From Mobula hypostoma (Eukaryota): 64,000 nucleotides of DNA. The stretch spans positions 62,684,001 through 62,748,000 of the forward strand of contig NC_086097.1 in the NCBI RefSeq assembly GCF_963921235.1, written 5' to 3'. The notes beneath the pieces are model-generated. The model did no database searches and had not been told where the DNA came from. It worked only from the letters and a program-made list of their open reading frames with translations. A program made the position numbers and the translations under genes. Below are positions 22,962 through 36,300 of the stretch, in pieces; within the stretch, counting starts at the first letter, position 1, and each line of letters begins with the position of its first letter.

Positions 22962-23702
22962 TGTTGACTATGATCTAAGTCACCAGAGAGACACTGAAGC
23001 TGAGGATATAGAAGTCTTTATTCGTTGAAACAAGCAGGCGTTCTTCTGGAAACCCTTTAGGTAGAGTCTCACAAACTCAGAAGTGCACAATATTTTTATA
23101 CCTTTAAGATCAAAAGTAACAGTTGGTGATTCATTACAATTTCAATAGTTACAATGACATTGTTTACTTTAATACATTGGGTGTCAAATGGTCCCTTTGA
23201 TGTACTTATTTCCAGTGAAAGTATATTGTGATTGAAAAGATACCTCTGAGTGTTCAAACACCTTTGCTGGGAGTAAAACATATATTCTAAAAGCTTCTGG
23301 GGAAAGAGAGCCAAATGCCCAGCTATTGATAGATCAGCTATTTGATGTGCTAATTGATAGTATGAGTCTGATCTGCAAGTTTCCTTGAATTTGTTTACAA
23401 TGGTGAAAATAACTTAAACCCATAGTTTCCTGGATTAGTGCTGGCCAATTAACACAACCCATTGTCTTAACATTTGGCTGATGCACATGCGAATATCTCA
23501 TGGTCACCATTTTTCAAACCATATCTATTAATCTGTGGGAAGGCCTGTGTTCAACAGACAGTAAGGTTTATTTGAAAAAAAAAATGTGCTTTTAAGTTCA
23601 ATTTGCTAGTTCCATTTTAGAATTTATATTAAGAACTGAAGTCTGGCTCTTGCTTGAATTACTATTTTCTAAATTCACATAACTCCAGAATACTCTCTAA
23701 CA
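22962..23702 (-). repeat. 5' LTR of the provirus
   Basis: Minus strand TGTTAG...TCAACA, with TATAAAA near 23094-23100 and AATAAA near 23017-23022. Confidence 0.85.
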
Positions 23703-26033
23703 GTTCCTTTATATTTCTGCCTTGAAAGACAAAAAGGAGCTCAGACATGCATGATAATAACCAATGCATGTCTGAATACTACATCCAGGGATTTTAGACA
23801 TGTAAAAGAGACCCATGCCATTCACAGTTTGGGGCACTGCCAGACTCTGCAGGTACCCAGATACTTCTGAGCAGCAATCCACAAGGATGAGTGCAGGAGC
23901 TTAGTATATGCAATTTAATATTTCCCTATATTACAAATGTGTTTCTACATTTCAAAGGGAACAACATAAGTTAGTAATTAAAAAGCCCAATCATTTTCCT
24001 GAATGAACTGACCACACTGGAAGTTAAACATTAGCAAATCTATGTATTTCCCATCGGAGGGTTGACATTCTACTACAGACCTACCTTAAAGTCCATGTGC
24101 CAACTGATGTCCATTCAGACTCCACAACTTTCAACATTTTCACTGCCTTACAAAATTGTGGTAAACATTAATTTTTGGATTCCATCTCGGATCTGTAAAT
24201 ATAATGCCTCTGTACAAATATGTGAAATGGTGCTAGGCAACGTGTATTCTGTGGGAAATTTGAACTAATTAATGGATATGACCTAGGGGTGATTTAGAAT
24301 CCTGAATCATACAAAAATACAGAAAATAAATGGTGCCAATGAATATTGTTTTTCAAAAGGTGAACACAACTAATTGCTTTGCTGAATAATTTTAACCACA
24401 ACGTTTATAAATAAGCTATTTTGTTTACAGTTATCCTTTATGAGCATTTAAGAAATAAGAAAAGAATCTGCAGCTTCCAGATGATCATTTTTAAAACAAA
24501 TGCCAATTCCATCAAAAGTTTATTTCTTGGTTAAATTAAAGAATATATTTAATTACAGGACTTTAATTAATATAAACAAAAAGCAATTAGTCTGAAAAGC
24601 GTAATTAAAAACAATAAATTAAATTTAAATTAAAAGTTTAATTTCAAATGTATCCTTGTCACCAAATCATTGCTAAATTAGATAAAAACACTGACAAATT
24701 AAACTAGTAATCTAAATCCATAGGGAATGAAACAATATGGTTCTGCATCTGTAAAATAATATTATTCCACATTCACTGGATCACAAATTTAATTGGCTGT
24801 TATCACCAGCTCTGAACAAGACAGCTTATCAATAATTTGTAAGTGCGAACCACACTGCAAAGCACTCTGCAGATTTTGTTTTGTTAATTGATGTGTTTCC
24901 TTATTGTGTAACTCCGTTACATCTGCACAGTCCCTGCATTTTTCACAGGAAATAAGAAACATCAAAGGTGAGAAAAATAATTCAATTTATTTTGCTTTCA
25001 TTTCCTTGTACCTAATCCCACTAATTCTACATTGTCTGGAACCTCTTAACAGACTGTGGTCTGGAAATTGAATCATGCTGAGAAAAATGTCAGTTGCTGA
25101 TACTTATGTTGCTATATTTTATGTCAAAATTTCTTTTTTCTTTCTTTCTTTCATTACAAGTTCATTTAATTTTATTCTTCTTTTCTTGAAGCAGTGGTTT
25201 CAGGTTGTTCTTTTGTTCCAGTATTATTTTGCTCACTGTGGATGCAAGAATTGAAAAGAAGTGGTGCTACTGAGAACAATAAAACCATATTTGAAATGGA
25301 AATTATTGTAAGCCATTCTTGCTGCCAGACATAAATTGTAATTTTCATCAGACTTTATTGAACTGCATGCAAATCCATCAATCTCAGTAACAATCAACAG
25401 CAGACAATTTTATGGTAACTTTAGCTGTGCTGGATGTAGAAGGTGATTAGCATTAAATGCAAATCATATTAACGTAGTTACACCAACCTTAGAATATATT
25501 CCTGAAAAGATACAAAAGCACTGAGGTAAATGCAAGCAAGATTAATGAAGGTGATTTTTGAGATTCTAAGATACTGCACTGATCTGGGAAGACAGATAAT
25601 GATGGGGAATTTTTATTCAAAAAATAAAAATGCTTGCGAACATGAAAGAGCTCAGGATGATGCATCCACTTGTGGAGAGCTATTTGATGCTTGGAGATAT
25701 AAATATAATGTAGCCACCAATGATTTCAGAAAGGAATGGAAAAGAAAAATTCTTTACCTTGAGCAAAATTAGAAGACGGAACTTTGTGCCATTTGGTGTA
25801 TTTGGGCAACTATTACAGATGATTTACGGAAATCTGGGGAATTAAAACAGGGAGAAGAGAAAAGCAGAAGGATATATCTTCAAAATTACAGAACCGTTAA
25901 CAGGGAAAGACCAGTAGTGACCCTGTAACATCAGATAGTTGCTCCTGTGCTGCAGCAGAATATCTATCATAAATGAAAATTTTCATGGATATCATAGATG
26001 AGAGCTTTAGTGAGAGTGTCACACCTCAGGTGC

Positions 26034-26908
26034 TGTCATGGTCCAGATCGGGTTCCCTTTAAATTTACTTTGTGTTACAATCCAGACCATTGACTCCCTG
26101 TTTCCCTTTGGTTCCCTGTTTTCCCGTGTCCTTTGGGCTTGGAGATTGGAGGCAATTTACTCTCGGCTGAATTGGCAGTTTATAGTCTCCAGCTTTCAGC
26201 CGTTCGGCGCGAGAGCATTAACGAAGTCACCGAAGCCAGTTGCGAGCCAATGTCATCTGGCCAGAGCCAACTAAGTTCTTGTCGGAGCAAGCCTAGTCTC
26301 CACCCAAAGCAAGTGCCAGCAAGCCGCCTTCCTTTGCCAGAGCAGGTCAGTCAAAGTTAATCCACCGGGGTTAGTCAAGAGCTCGCTGCTGTTTAAAGCA
26401 TACTTGGGGCCCAGTTATAGTACTGTCCATCATTGTGTGGTCTCCGTATCCATGTCCTGCGTCTAAAAGGGGTTCCAGCCCTGTACCCTGGAAGGGTCCT
26501 GACCCTGTGTCAGGTAGAGTCCTGACTCAGTCCTGTGTCTAAGGAGGATTCCTGGCTCAGTGTTTTACGTCCTGTGTCTGAGTCAGTCCAATGAATAAGA
26601 AGAGTCCCGACTCCATCCTGTGTTTAAGGAGGATTCCCGGCTCAGTGTTTTATGTTCTGTGTCTGAGTCTGTCCCGTGAATAAGAAGAGTCCTGACTCCA
26701 TCCTGTGTCTAAGGAGGATTCCCGGCTCAATATTTAATGTCCTGTGTCTGAGTCTGTCCCGTGAATAAGAGGAGTCCCTGGCTGGCTCTGGAACTTCCAA
26801 GTATCAAGTCCTGGTGCTGGAGGTTCCAAGTATCAAGTCCTGGTGCTGGAGGTTCCAGGTATCAAGTCCTGGCGCTGGAGGTTCCAAGTATCAAGTCCTG
26901 GCCCTGGA
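26034..26908 (+). mobile_element. Truncated LTR (TGTCATGGTCC family) with internal tandem arrays
   Basis: Same start as the solo LTRs at 29966-30311 and 52719-53832; 85-bp unit x3 (26517-26771) and 29-bp unit x4 (26788-26908). Confidence 0.7.
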
Positions 26909-29027
26909 AACAAAAAGTCTGCAACTGCTCTGAGGGGATTACACTATGAGCCCCCTAACAGCCACCACAGGTAGATGAATAGGTATGTAAACAGATCATA
27001 GACAGCTGTAGAAATGACAGGACTGTCATAGTGAGTCTTTACCTTCTGCAGTGTTGATATGAATTTCCTTAATACAAGAGGTTTAGATAAGGCAGAGTCT
27101 CATTCAGTACATCCAAGAAGGGTTCTAGAAAATGTATGTGGGGATTCCAACCAGCAGAGAGAACAAACTAGATCTGATTCTGAGAAATGAATCAGACCAG
27201 GTGACTGACTTGTTATTGCATGACTATTTTGGGAATAGTAATCATACTCATGTTTTAAGGTGCTTATGAATAAAGACAAAATTGTATCATGTGGGAGGTA
27301 CTAAATTGGTGGAGGGAGCTAAGGGGTGCTGACTGGGAGCATCTGTCGTCTGACAAGCCCATGTCTGGCATGTGGGATTTGTTTAAAGACCAGCTGAGCA
27401 GAGCTCAGGATTGGCATTTTCCATTAACAAGTAAGGACAAGGAAAGTCAATTAAGTGCATATTGGGTGACCCAAAAGAAGAGAAGAAAAAAGAAAGAGAA
27501 GTGGAGAGTAGCAAATGTCAAGAAGAGAAAGGAAACATATGTAAGGTTTAGGATGCAAAATCAGGCTTGGTCCATTTAGAATATAAAAACAAGAGGGAAG
27601 TGCTCAAGCAGGTGAATAGGAAGGCCAAGAAAGGGCATGAAATGTCCTTGGTGAGCAGAGTCAAAGATTTTGTACATACTGTACATTAAGAAAAAAGAAG
27701 ATAGCAAGGGTGAGGATAGGTTTACTTAAGGATAAAAGAGGACTTTGTTCTTGGAGTCAGAGCAATTGGCTGAGCTACTAAATGAATAGTTTGTGTTATT
27801 TACTGAGGAGAAGGATTTGGAGGATAGTGAAAGCACAGCTGTGCATGCTAACCTGCTGGGATACTTTGAGATTAAGGAAGAGGTTGTGCTGGGTCTTCTG
27901 AAAAGTATTAGAGGATAAATCCCAAGGCCTAATGGCATATAAAAAAGAAAGCGAGGAGACTGCTGAGGTTTTGACAATAATCTTGGTGTCCTCAGTAGAA
28001 ACAGGTGAGATCCCAGAGGACTGGAGAGTAGCAAATATTGTGTGTTTGTTCAAGAAAGGAAATGAAGATAATCCAAGTAATTATAGGCTAGTAGACATCA
28101 CATCAGTGGTAGAGAAACTATCAGAGAGGATATTGAGAGATAGAATTTATGCATGTAAGGTTTCACTGCTGATGTAATGGCTTTATTTTTGCAATGTTCG
28201 CTGCTGAAATAACGGTTTTTCTGTAGCAGCAATGTTTGGGTTGTGGTTGGAGATAACAGGACTAGGGCTGCATGTTTAGCCAATCAGGATTTTGTTGCCC
28301 TGTCTTATGATTCTGGAAGCAGTTGATTTCACGGGCTTTTGCCGGAAGGGGAGAGAGAGAGATGAAGAGAGAAGATGCGAATAGAGAAATTTGGTAGACT
28401 GCCGGACAGGGTGAACTCAGAGCGAGGGTCCGAAGGGTAGCAACGATCAGCCTACTCATGAGCTCCAACTTTGTGCACAGACTGTTTAATACGATTTAAG
28501 CCCTTTTTAAAAAAAAATTTTGTTTCTTCACTAACCATTTAGTCAAAGTAAGAGTTATAAAGCTTAATCGTTTAATCACATATTGTGTACTGTTTATTTC
28601 GCGGTACTGATTTGTAACAGGGGACACATGGTGCAGCATCCACCCAAACGAAATTTCTTCAGTTTGGTCAGACAGAGGGTTATCGCCCCTTATATTAAGC
28701 TGCTCGGCGAAGTGAGTGTTACAATTATGGGGGCTACATTCAGGACTGATTCCATTGGATGCTGTGTGATTACCCCGAGCAATGAATCAGTGGGACAGAT
28801 AATTGTCAATTCCACTGTTAAGTACTGTTAAAGTTGTGATTGTGAGCAGAGGTTTTAGAAAATGGCAGGGGCAGCTCTTGTTTTGATGCAGACCAGCGCA
28901 GAGGTAACGGTTGCTGGGGGCAAAGATTTCAAAGACAGGTTTCTATTATTTCTGAGGAGTGAGGGGAAATAGTGGTCAGATTTGGAATGGCTAATTAGTC
29001 CACGTCCCCCAGTGAAGAGTGAGAATT

Positions 29028-29965
29028 ATAGTCATAGTCATAGTCATTATCATACTTTATTGATCCCGAGGGAAATTGACTTTCGTTACAGTTGCACCTT
29101 AAATAATTAAATAGTAATAAAACCATAAATAATTAAATAGTAATATGTAAATTATGCCAGGAAATAAGTCCAGGACCAGCCTATTGGCTCAGGGTGTCTG
29201 ACCCTCCAAGGGAGGAGTTGTAAAGTTTGATGGCCACAGGTAGGAATGACTTCCTATGACGCTCTGTGTTGCGTCTCGGTGGAATGAATCTCTGGCTGAA
29301 TGTACTCCCGTGTCCACCCAGTATATTATGTAGTGGATGGGAGACATTATTCAAGATGGCATGCAACTTGGACAGCATGCTCTTTTCAGACACCAACGTA
29401 AGAGAATCCAGTTCCATCCCCACAACATCACTGGCCTTACGAATGAGTTTGTTGATTCTGTTGGTGTCTGCTACCCTCAGCCTGCTGCCCCAGCACACGA
29501 CAGCAAACATGATAGCACTGGCCACCACAGACTCGTAGAACATCCTCAGCGTCATCCGGCAGATGTTAAAGGACCTCAGTCTCCTCAGGAAATAGAGATG
29601 GCTCTGACCCTTCTTGTAGACAGCCTCAGTGTCCTTTGACCAGTCCAGTTTATTGTCAACTCGTATCCCTAGGTATTTATAATCCTCCACCATGTCCACA
29701 TTGACCCCCTGGATGGAAACAGGGGTCGCCGGTACCTTAGCTCTCCTCAGGTCTACCACCAGCTCCTTAGTCTTTTTCACATTAAGCTGCAGATAATTCT
29801 GCTCACACCATGTGACAAAGTTTCCTACCGTAGCCCTGTACTCAGCCTCATCTCCCTTGCTGATGTATCCAACTATGGCAGAGTCATCAGAAAACTTCTG
29901 AAGATGACAAGACTCTGTGGAGTAGTTGAAGTCCGAGGTGTAAATGGTGAAGAGAAAGGAAGACA
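29028..29965 (-). mobile_element. Rex1 LINE 3' portion inserted in gag
   Basis: ORF 29181..30008: LQKFSDD, YKYLG; (ATGACT)n tail; probable TSD AGAATT at 29022-29027 and 30317-30322. Confidence 0.93.
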
Positions 29966-30311
29966 TGTTGCAAGAACATGGCTGGGGACGAACCCAAGTG
30001 CAGGACACAGATGCTGAGGCAGAGTCGTTAGGCGTAGCCCCTCCGCGAACGGGGAGTCAAATCCAGGAGACGATGCGAAGCTTAGAACTAACAGTTTTCA
30101 GGAATAGGAAACAGGGTATGCTCTCACAAGAGTCGACCAACGAACTGGTGGCTTCTTGCTGTGGTCACAGGGTTTTTATCCTACCATTTGATGGGAAGCA
30201 GGTGCGTGTAGTTACTGGTACTTGGGAATGATTGGAATCTAAATGAGGTGATCGAGGCCCAAATCTTGAGGCAAATGGCAAGGTGGGGGATTGCTAGACG
30301 GGACCATGACA
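29966..30311 (-). mobile_element. Solo LTR, 346 bp
   Basis: Minus strand TGTCATGGTCC...CAACA; TSD AGACA at 29961-29965 and 30312-30316. Confidence 0.85.
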
Positions 30312-33300
30312 AGACAAGAATTCTAAGGTAGTATCCGACCTTACTTCTCTGGTGAATAAATGGAAAAATCAGATTCCAAGTCCCAGCTATAGCAGGCTCT
30401 GCCTATTCTCTGGAATAACGCCCACCCCTAAAGAGAAGGAGGAGTATGAGACGTGGGCAGAACGGACCTGTCAATTGTTAGATAAGTGGCAGTGCTCGGA
30501 TGTTGAAAAGCGACAGAGATTAGTGGAAAGTTTGAATGGACGTGCCGCTGACGTCAGAACTGTCAGGTTAAATTATCCCATAGCGACAGCTGTCAATTAT
30601 CTGCAAGCACTGGACAATGTTTTTGGTCTGACTGGAAGTCCAATGGAGCTTTGACATTTGGTGGGGTTTCAGAACATGCGTCAGGAGAAGGGGGAGAAGC
30701 TTTCTGCTTTTATTTTTCGGCTAGAGAGGCAGCTAAATTGCTTGCGGCACAGAGGGGTCATTCAGGCAGCTGAGGTGGATCAGTTAAGAATGGACCAGAT
30801 AGCCAGAGGGGCCCAGTCCCATGACTGGATTGCGTGGGGTCTCTGACAGTCTTGTAAGACACGCCCCCCTCCATCTTTTGTTGAGCTGATCAGAGAGGTA
30901 CGGGAAGAGGAGGACTCGGAGAAGGTGTGGAAGGACTCAGTCAGCAGGGTACAATGCTCGGTAGTGGAGCCCTGTGGTGAAGTGACCACAGATAGCTTAC
31001 CCCAGGGAGCAGTATAGGAGATAGTGGCAGAGTTGAGAACAAAGATACATCAGCTGTTATCAGCGGGTGTGACCCCCCCCACATGATGGTGCTGATGGGG
31101 GGGCAGATTCCCCAAGGGGACGGACAATGTGGAGGGCTGCTGGAAGAAGGTGTCACACCAGAAGGAGAGTGAGCCCCTGGATACCTCAGCAGGGAGAGTC
31201 GCTGGGAAAACTTAAAGGAGACCCAGTGAGGGAACAGCCTGGTGTCTCTGGGGGAACACGTTCCCAGCAATGTACCAAGGAACTCTCGAAAGCAAAAGAC
31301 CCTATTCCTGAAGGCTTAGTGGGACCACGCTCCAGTGTGTCACTACGATAGAGGGTATTTACGCTAAAGCCATACTCGACACCGGGTCACAGGTCACGTT
31401 ACTGTACCGTTTGTTTTACAACCAGTATCTGAAGCATTTACCCTTGATGCCATTCAATGCACTGGAGATTTGGGGTCTCAGTGCTGCTGATTATCCATAT
31501 GATGGTTATTTGTCAGTGAAACTGGAATTCTTGGAGGCCGATGTGGGAGTGTCTGAGGTTCTTGATACAGTGGTACTGGTTTGTCCAGACCCTGATGAGA
31601 CGGGAGGCATTTCAATTCTGGAAGGGACTAACACCCCTCTTGTGAGGAGGCTCATGGGGGCCTGCAAGGTGAAGATGGGTGAGAGCTTTTTGGGGACATT
31701 GTCCGTGCACCCAGTGTTTTGAGCTGCTTTTGAGGAAGTGCATGGCAGCATTGGACCAGGTACCAAATTTAAACGAGGGACTGTGTGGTTCACCCAGTCG
31801 AAGCCAATGGTCATACGGCCCAGGGAAGTAGCGAGAGTGATGGGGACCTCCAAATTTCCTGGCGTGCCTTAGGGTAAAGCCCTCTTAGTGGACGCTCCGG
31901 AAGGCCACGAGGGAGAGTCAGGATTTCCTGCTGAGGTACTGGTGAGGTCCGAATTGCAGAAGCCCTCAGTTGTACAGATGAGCAGGATGGCAGTGATCGT
32001 CAGGAACACCATGAAGAGGAAGGGCACCTTCAAGCAGGGGATGCCCCTGGCGCATTTGTTCCCAGTGACAGTAATGTCCAGTGCCCCTATGAGGCACGCC
32101 AGGGAGAAACTATTGGAAAAGTGGGGAAAGTTGACCACTGAGTCTTCAACTTCGGGGACTCCCCGGTGCCACTGGGTTGGAAAAGGAGACTGGTAGAGAA
32201 GATATTGAAGCCGGAAGGTGTCTTTTCCATTGGCGAGTTTGATGTGGGTTGTTTCAAGAGCACTCGTCACACTCTCTGGGTGACAGAGGACACCCCGTTT
32301 AGAGAGAGGTCGCGGCGACTGGCCCTTGCAGACGTGGAAAATGTGTGGCAGCATTTGTGTAAGTTGACGGAAGCTGGGATCATCACTGAGTCCCGAAGCC
32401 CCTATGTGTCCCCGATAGTAGTGGTCCAGAAGAATGGGAAGGTACACATGTGTGTGGACTATAGGACTCTGAACAGGCACACCGTCCCTGACCGGTATAC
32501 GGTCCTGAGGGTCGAAGACGCGCTGGCCTGTCTGAGTGGTGCAAGGTGGTTCAGTGTGCTGGATTTGAGGAGTGGATATTACCAGATCCCCATGAGTGAG
32601 GCCGACAAAGAGAAGACAGTATTTATGTTTCCTGGGATTCTTCCAGTTTGAAAGGAAGCCCCAGGGCTTATTGGGAGCCCCTGCAACATTCCAGCAGGTC
32701 ATGGAGAAGACGGTGGGGGATATGAATTTGCTTGAGGTGTTGGTGTATTTGGATCCACCTTGGAGGAACGTGAAGCGAGGCTGCTGAAGGTGCTCAGCCA
32801 CCTGAAAGCTGAAGGGTTAAAACTTTCTCTGGGCTAGTGCCACTTCTGCAAAACATCTGTTAGCTATGTCGGCACATAACCTCATGGATGGAGTAGCAAC
32901 AGACCCGGCTAAGATAGAAGTGGTAACCACTTGGCCAAGGCCTCAGACTGTGAGCACTCTGCGCTTGTTCCTCGGGTTCTGTGGTTATTATCGCAGATTC
33001 GTGAAGGGCTACACCGAAATGAATGACCCCTTGAATCAGCTTCTGTGTAGTTACCCTCCCCTGGGGAGAAAAGGACAGGAGGGTGGAGAATACCTAAACC
33101 TGTCAGAGCCCTTTGGACAGAGGTGGGATGTAAAATGTGAGGAGGCCTTTCAGTCACTGAAGGAACTGCTGAGCCAGTTCTGGTGCTGGCTTTTGTGGAC
33201 CCCGATTGCTGTATGTACTGCACATAGATCCAGCCGAGAGGGTTTAGGGGGTGTCCTGTATCAGGATTAGGGCACCAGGTTGAGGCCTGTGGCATTTGTC

Positions 33301-36300
33301 AGCCAGAGTTTGTCGCCCTCCGAGAGAAACTATCCCACGCACAAGTTGGAATTTCTGGCGTTGAAATGGGTGGTGGTGGATAAGCTGAGTGACTATCTCT
33401 ACGGGGCCAAGTTTGAGGTGAGGACGGACAACAACCCCCTAACTTATATCCTGACGTCAGTGAAACAGGATGCCACAGGCCTTCGGTGGCTGACAGCATT
33501 GTCTGCCTGATTTCAGCCTGAAGTACCGGCCAGGCCGCCGGAATATTGATGCGGATGCTTTGTCCCGACAGGTGCAAGAGGGAGTGGGTAGGGACGAGGA
33601 GTGGGGGAGTGTTCCTGCCCCTGGGGTGAAGGCCATGTGTCACTTTGCCATCACCATGAAGTCAGATCGAGCAGTGGATCAACTGGGGGCTTCTGATGAC
33701 ACCATTCCCCCAGTTTACTGTAACCTGACTGCTCTGAAGACAAATCAGCTGCCGGAATTCAGTTCTGGGGAAGTGGCAGCTGCTCAGCGAGCTGATCTGG
33801 GCATTGGCACTATTTGGTCCACGGCTGAATAGGGAGACATGGCTCAGGCGGAGAAGACGAAACATGCTTCAGTGCCTCCATTACTGAAAGAATGGCCTCC
33901 GTTGGAGTTGAAGAACCAGATCTTATACCGGGTCACGTCACCCCCGGACCGACCTCGGTGCTGCCAGCTGGTTCTGCCCGAGAAGTATCGGAGGATTGCG
34001 TTGAAGTCACTTCATGATGATTCTGGACATTTGGGGGTGGAAAAGACCTATGGATTGCTCAGAGACCGGTTTTACTGGCTCCGAATGAAGTCGGAGGTTG
34101 AAGAATACTGCAAGTCGTGCATTCGCTGCATACAGCGGAAGACACTGCCTACACAGGCAGCTTCTTTGTCCCACTTGCAGAGTGCAGGACCCCTAGACCT
34201 GGTGTGTATGGATTTCCTGTCCATAAAACCCGATGCCAGCAACACGGCGAATGTCTTAGTCATCACGGACCACTACACCAGATATGCTCAGACCTTTCCT
34301 ACCAAGGACTAGAGAGCGACTACGGTGGCAAAAGTGTTATGGGAGAAGTATTTTGTTTATTATGGCCTTCGCAGGTGGATACATAGTGACCAGGGACAGA
34401 ACTTCGAGAGCAGACTCATCTATCAGTTACTGGGCATGCTTGGAGCTGAGAAGTCGAGGACTATGCCCCATCACCCGCAGGGTGATCCCCGGCCTGAGAG
34501 ATTTAATCGGACCTTGCTAGACATGCTCGGGACCCTGAAGATCAGCAAGAAGAGCAGGTGGAGTGAACATATTGGGCATCTGGTTCACTGTTACAACTGT
34601 ACACAAAATGAAGCTACTGAGTACTCGCCATATTATCTGATGTTTGGGCGCGAGGTGAGGTTGCCCATTGACCTTTGTTTTGGGACTGACGAGGTGACTT
34701 ACCTCCGAAAACTTATCTGAAGTATGTGTCTGATATGAAGAGAGAGCTGAAAGGGCTTATGAATTGGTTGAGGTCACGGCCACCAAGCAGAATCGAGGAA
34801 ATAAGAGGAGGTATGATCAAAAAGTGAGGTTCTCTCAACTCTTGCTGGGAGACTGAGTCCTCATAAGGAATTTGGGGCTACCTGGAAAGCACAAGTTGGC
34901 TGACCGCTGGGTGGCCACACGCTACGTACTGGAGAGTCAGATGCCAAACCTATCAGTTTTCCGGGTGAAACCAAAGGATGGAAATGGGCCTGTCAAGATT
35001 CTCCATCACAGCCACCTGTTGCCCCTGGGACAAGAGGTGCAGGTAGATCCAGGGCCCGACTTGGAGCCTACACCAAGTAAGAGGACTCTGCGAAAACACA
35101 GGGCGACTGCAGGGCCCACAGCAGGAGAGTCTGGGCCCAGCCCTACCCATAAGAGGGATACTGATTCGGAGGATGATGATCTGGATGTCTGGTATATGCT
35201 GCCGTTTACTAACTCCCCACTGATTGAGGAAGAGACTCCTGACCCTTCTCCCACCGAGGTGGAGGGCGGCGGAGGAGTACTATCTGCGGGCGGCCTGGGT
35301 TACAGCAGGACCCTGAAGGAGAGGAAGCGGGGCCTGGACACGGGATAGGGGGCTCCGAGTTGCAGGGGGACACGAGTGTCAGGTCAGGGGAGGACTCGGC
35401 AAGCAGACCGGAAGTATCCCCAGTAGCGTCGGAGCCTGAAGAGTTAGGTGAGGAGGTACGGAGGTCTCAAAGAATTAGGAGACCACCAGGTAGGTTGTCC
35501 TATGTAGCACCTGGGGAACAGGGCATGATCTCTTCTGTTTTGAGGAGTTATGTCACTGCCTTTTGCGCCTGGATTGGGCTTTGTATTTTGTAGGAAGGGC
35601 TGATGAATTATCTCAACGTCATGAGGTACAACGCGCTGTAAGGTTTCACTGCTAATGTAATGGCTTTTTTTTTTGTAATGTTCACTGCTGAAGTAATGGT
35701 TTCTCTGTAGCAGCAACGTTTGGGTTATGGCTGGAGATAACAGGACTGTGGATGCATGGTAGCCAATCAGGATTTTGTTGCCCTGTCTTGTGATTCTGGA
35801 AGCAGTTGATTTCATGGGCTTTTGCCGGAGGGAGAGGGAGAGGGAGGGGGTGAGAGAGAGAGGAAGGGGGAGAGAGAGAAGACGTGAATGGAGAGACTTG
35901 GTGGATCGCCAGACAGGGTGGACTCGGAGCAAGGGTGAAGGGCAGCGACGATTGGCCTTTGTTATCACCCCCTATATTATGCTGCTAGGGGAAGCGAGTG
36001 TTACATGCATATTTGAAAAGGCATGGTCTGCTGAGGGACAGTCAGCATAGCTTTGCATAGGGCAAGTCATGCTTTACAAACTTGATCGTCTTTTTCAGGT
36101 GGTGATAAGGGTGAGGCTGTGAATACTATCTATATGGGCTTTAATAAAGGCCACTTGTGGTAGATAGATTCAGCAGATAAAGATGATGATATCCAAGGTG
36201 AATCGCAAGTTTTGATTCGGAACTAGCTTGCACACAGAAGACAGAGTAGGGGTGGAAAGCTGTTTCCATGGTTAGAGGCCTGAGGCTGGTGGTTTTCCAC

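Larger units (their letters stand above)
18162..23702 (-). mobile_element. Old endogenous-retrovirus-like provirus, pol largely deleted
   Basis: Diverged direct LTRs, tRNA-Pro-like PBS, gag with MHR-like motif and CCHC relic, integrase C-terminal motif, purine-rich tract before the 3' LTR. Confidence 0.82.
28758..35593 (+). pseudogene. gag-pol: gag-pol relic (PNMA-like gag, protease, RT, RNase H, integrase)
   Basis: YSRLCLFSG...[57 protein letters not shown]...CIRC, HSDQG, ERFNRTL; many stops and frameshifts. Confidence 0.9.
28154..36005 (+). mobile_element. Gypsy LTR retrotransposon with PNMA-type gag, full-length but decayed
   Basis: LTRs 28154-28723 and 35637-36005 (TGTAA...TTACA; 3' LTR internally deleted); TSD TGCA; PBS-like TGGGGGCT at 28728. 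Confidence 0.93.

Noticed and set aside
26517..26908. CRISPR-like array
   Set aside because: Head-to-tail tandem units without unique spacers, in eukaryotic DNA
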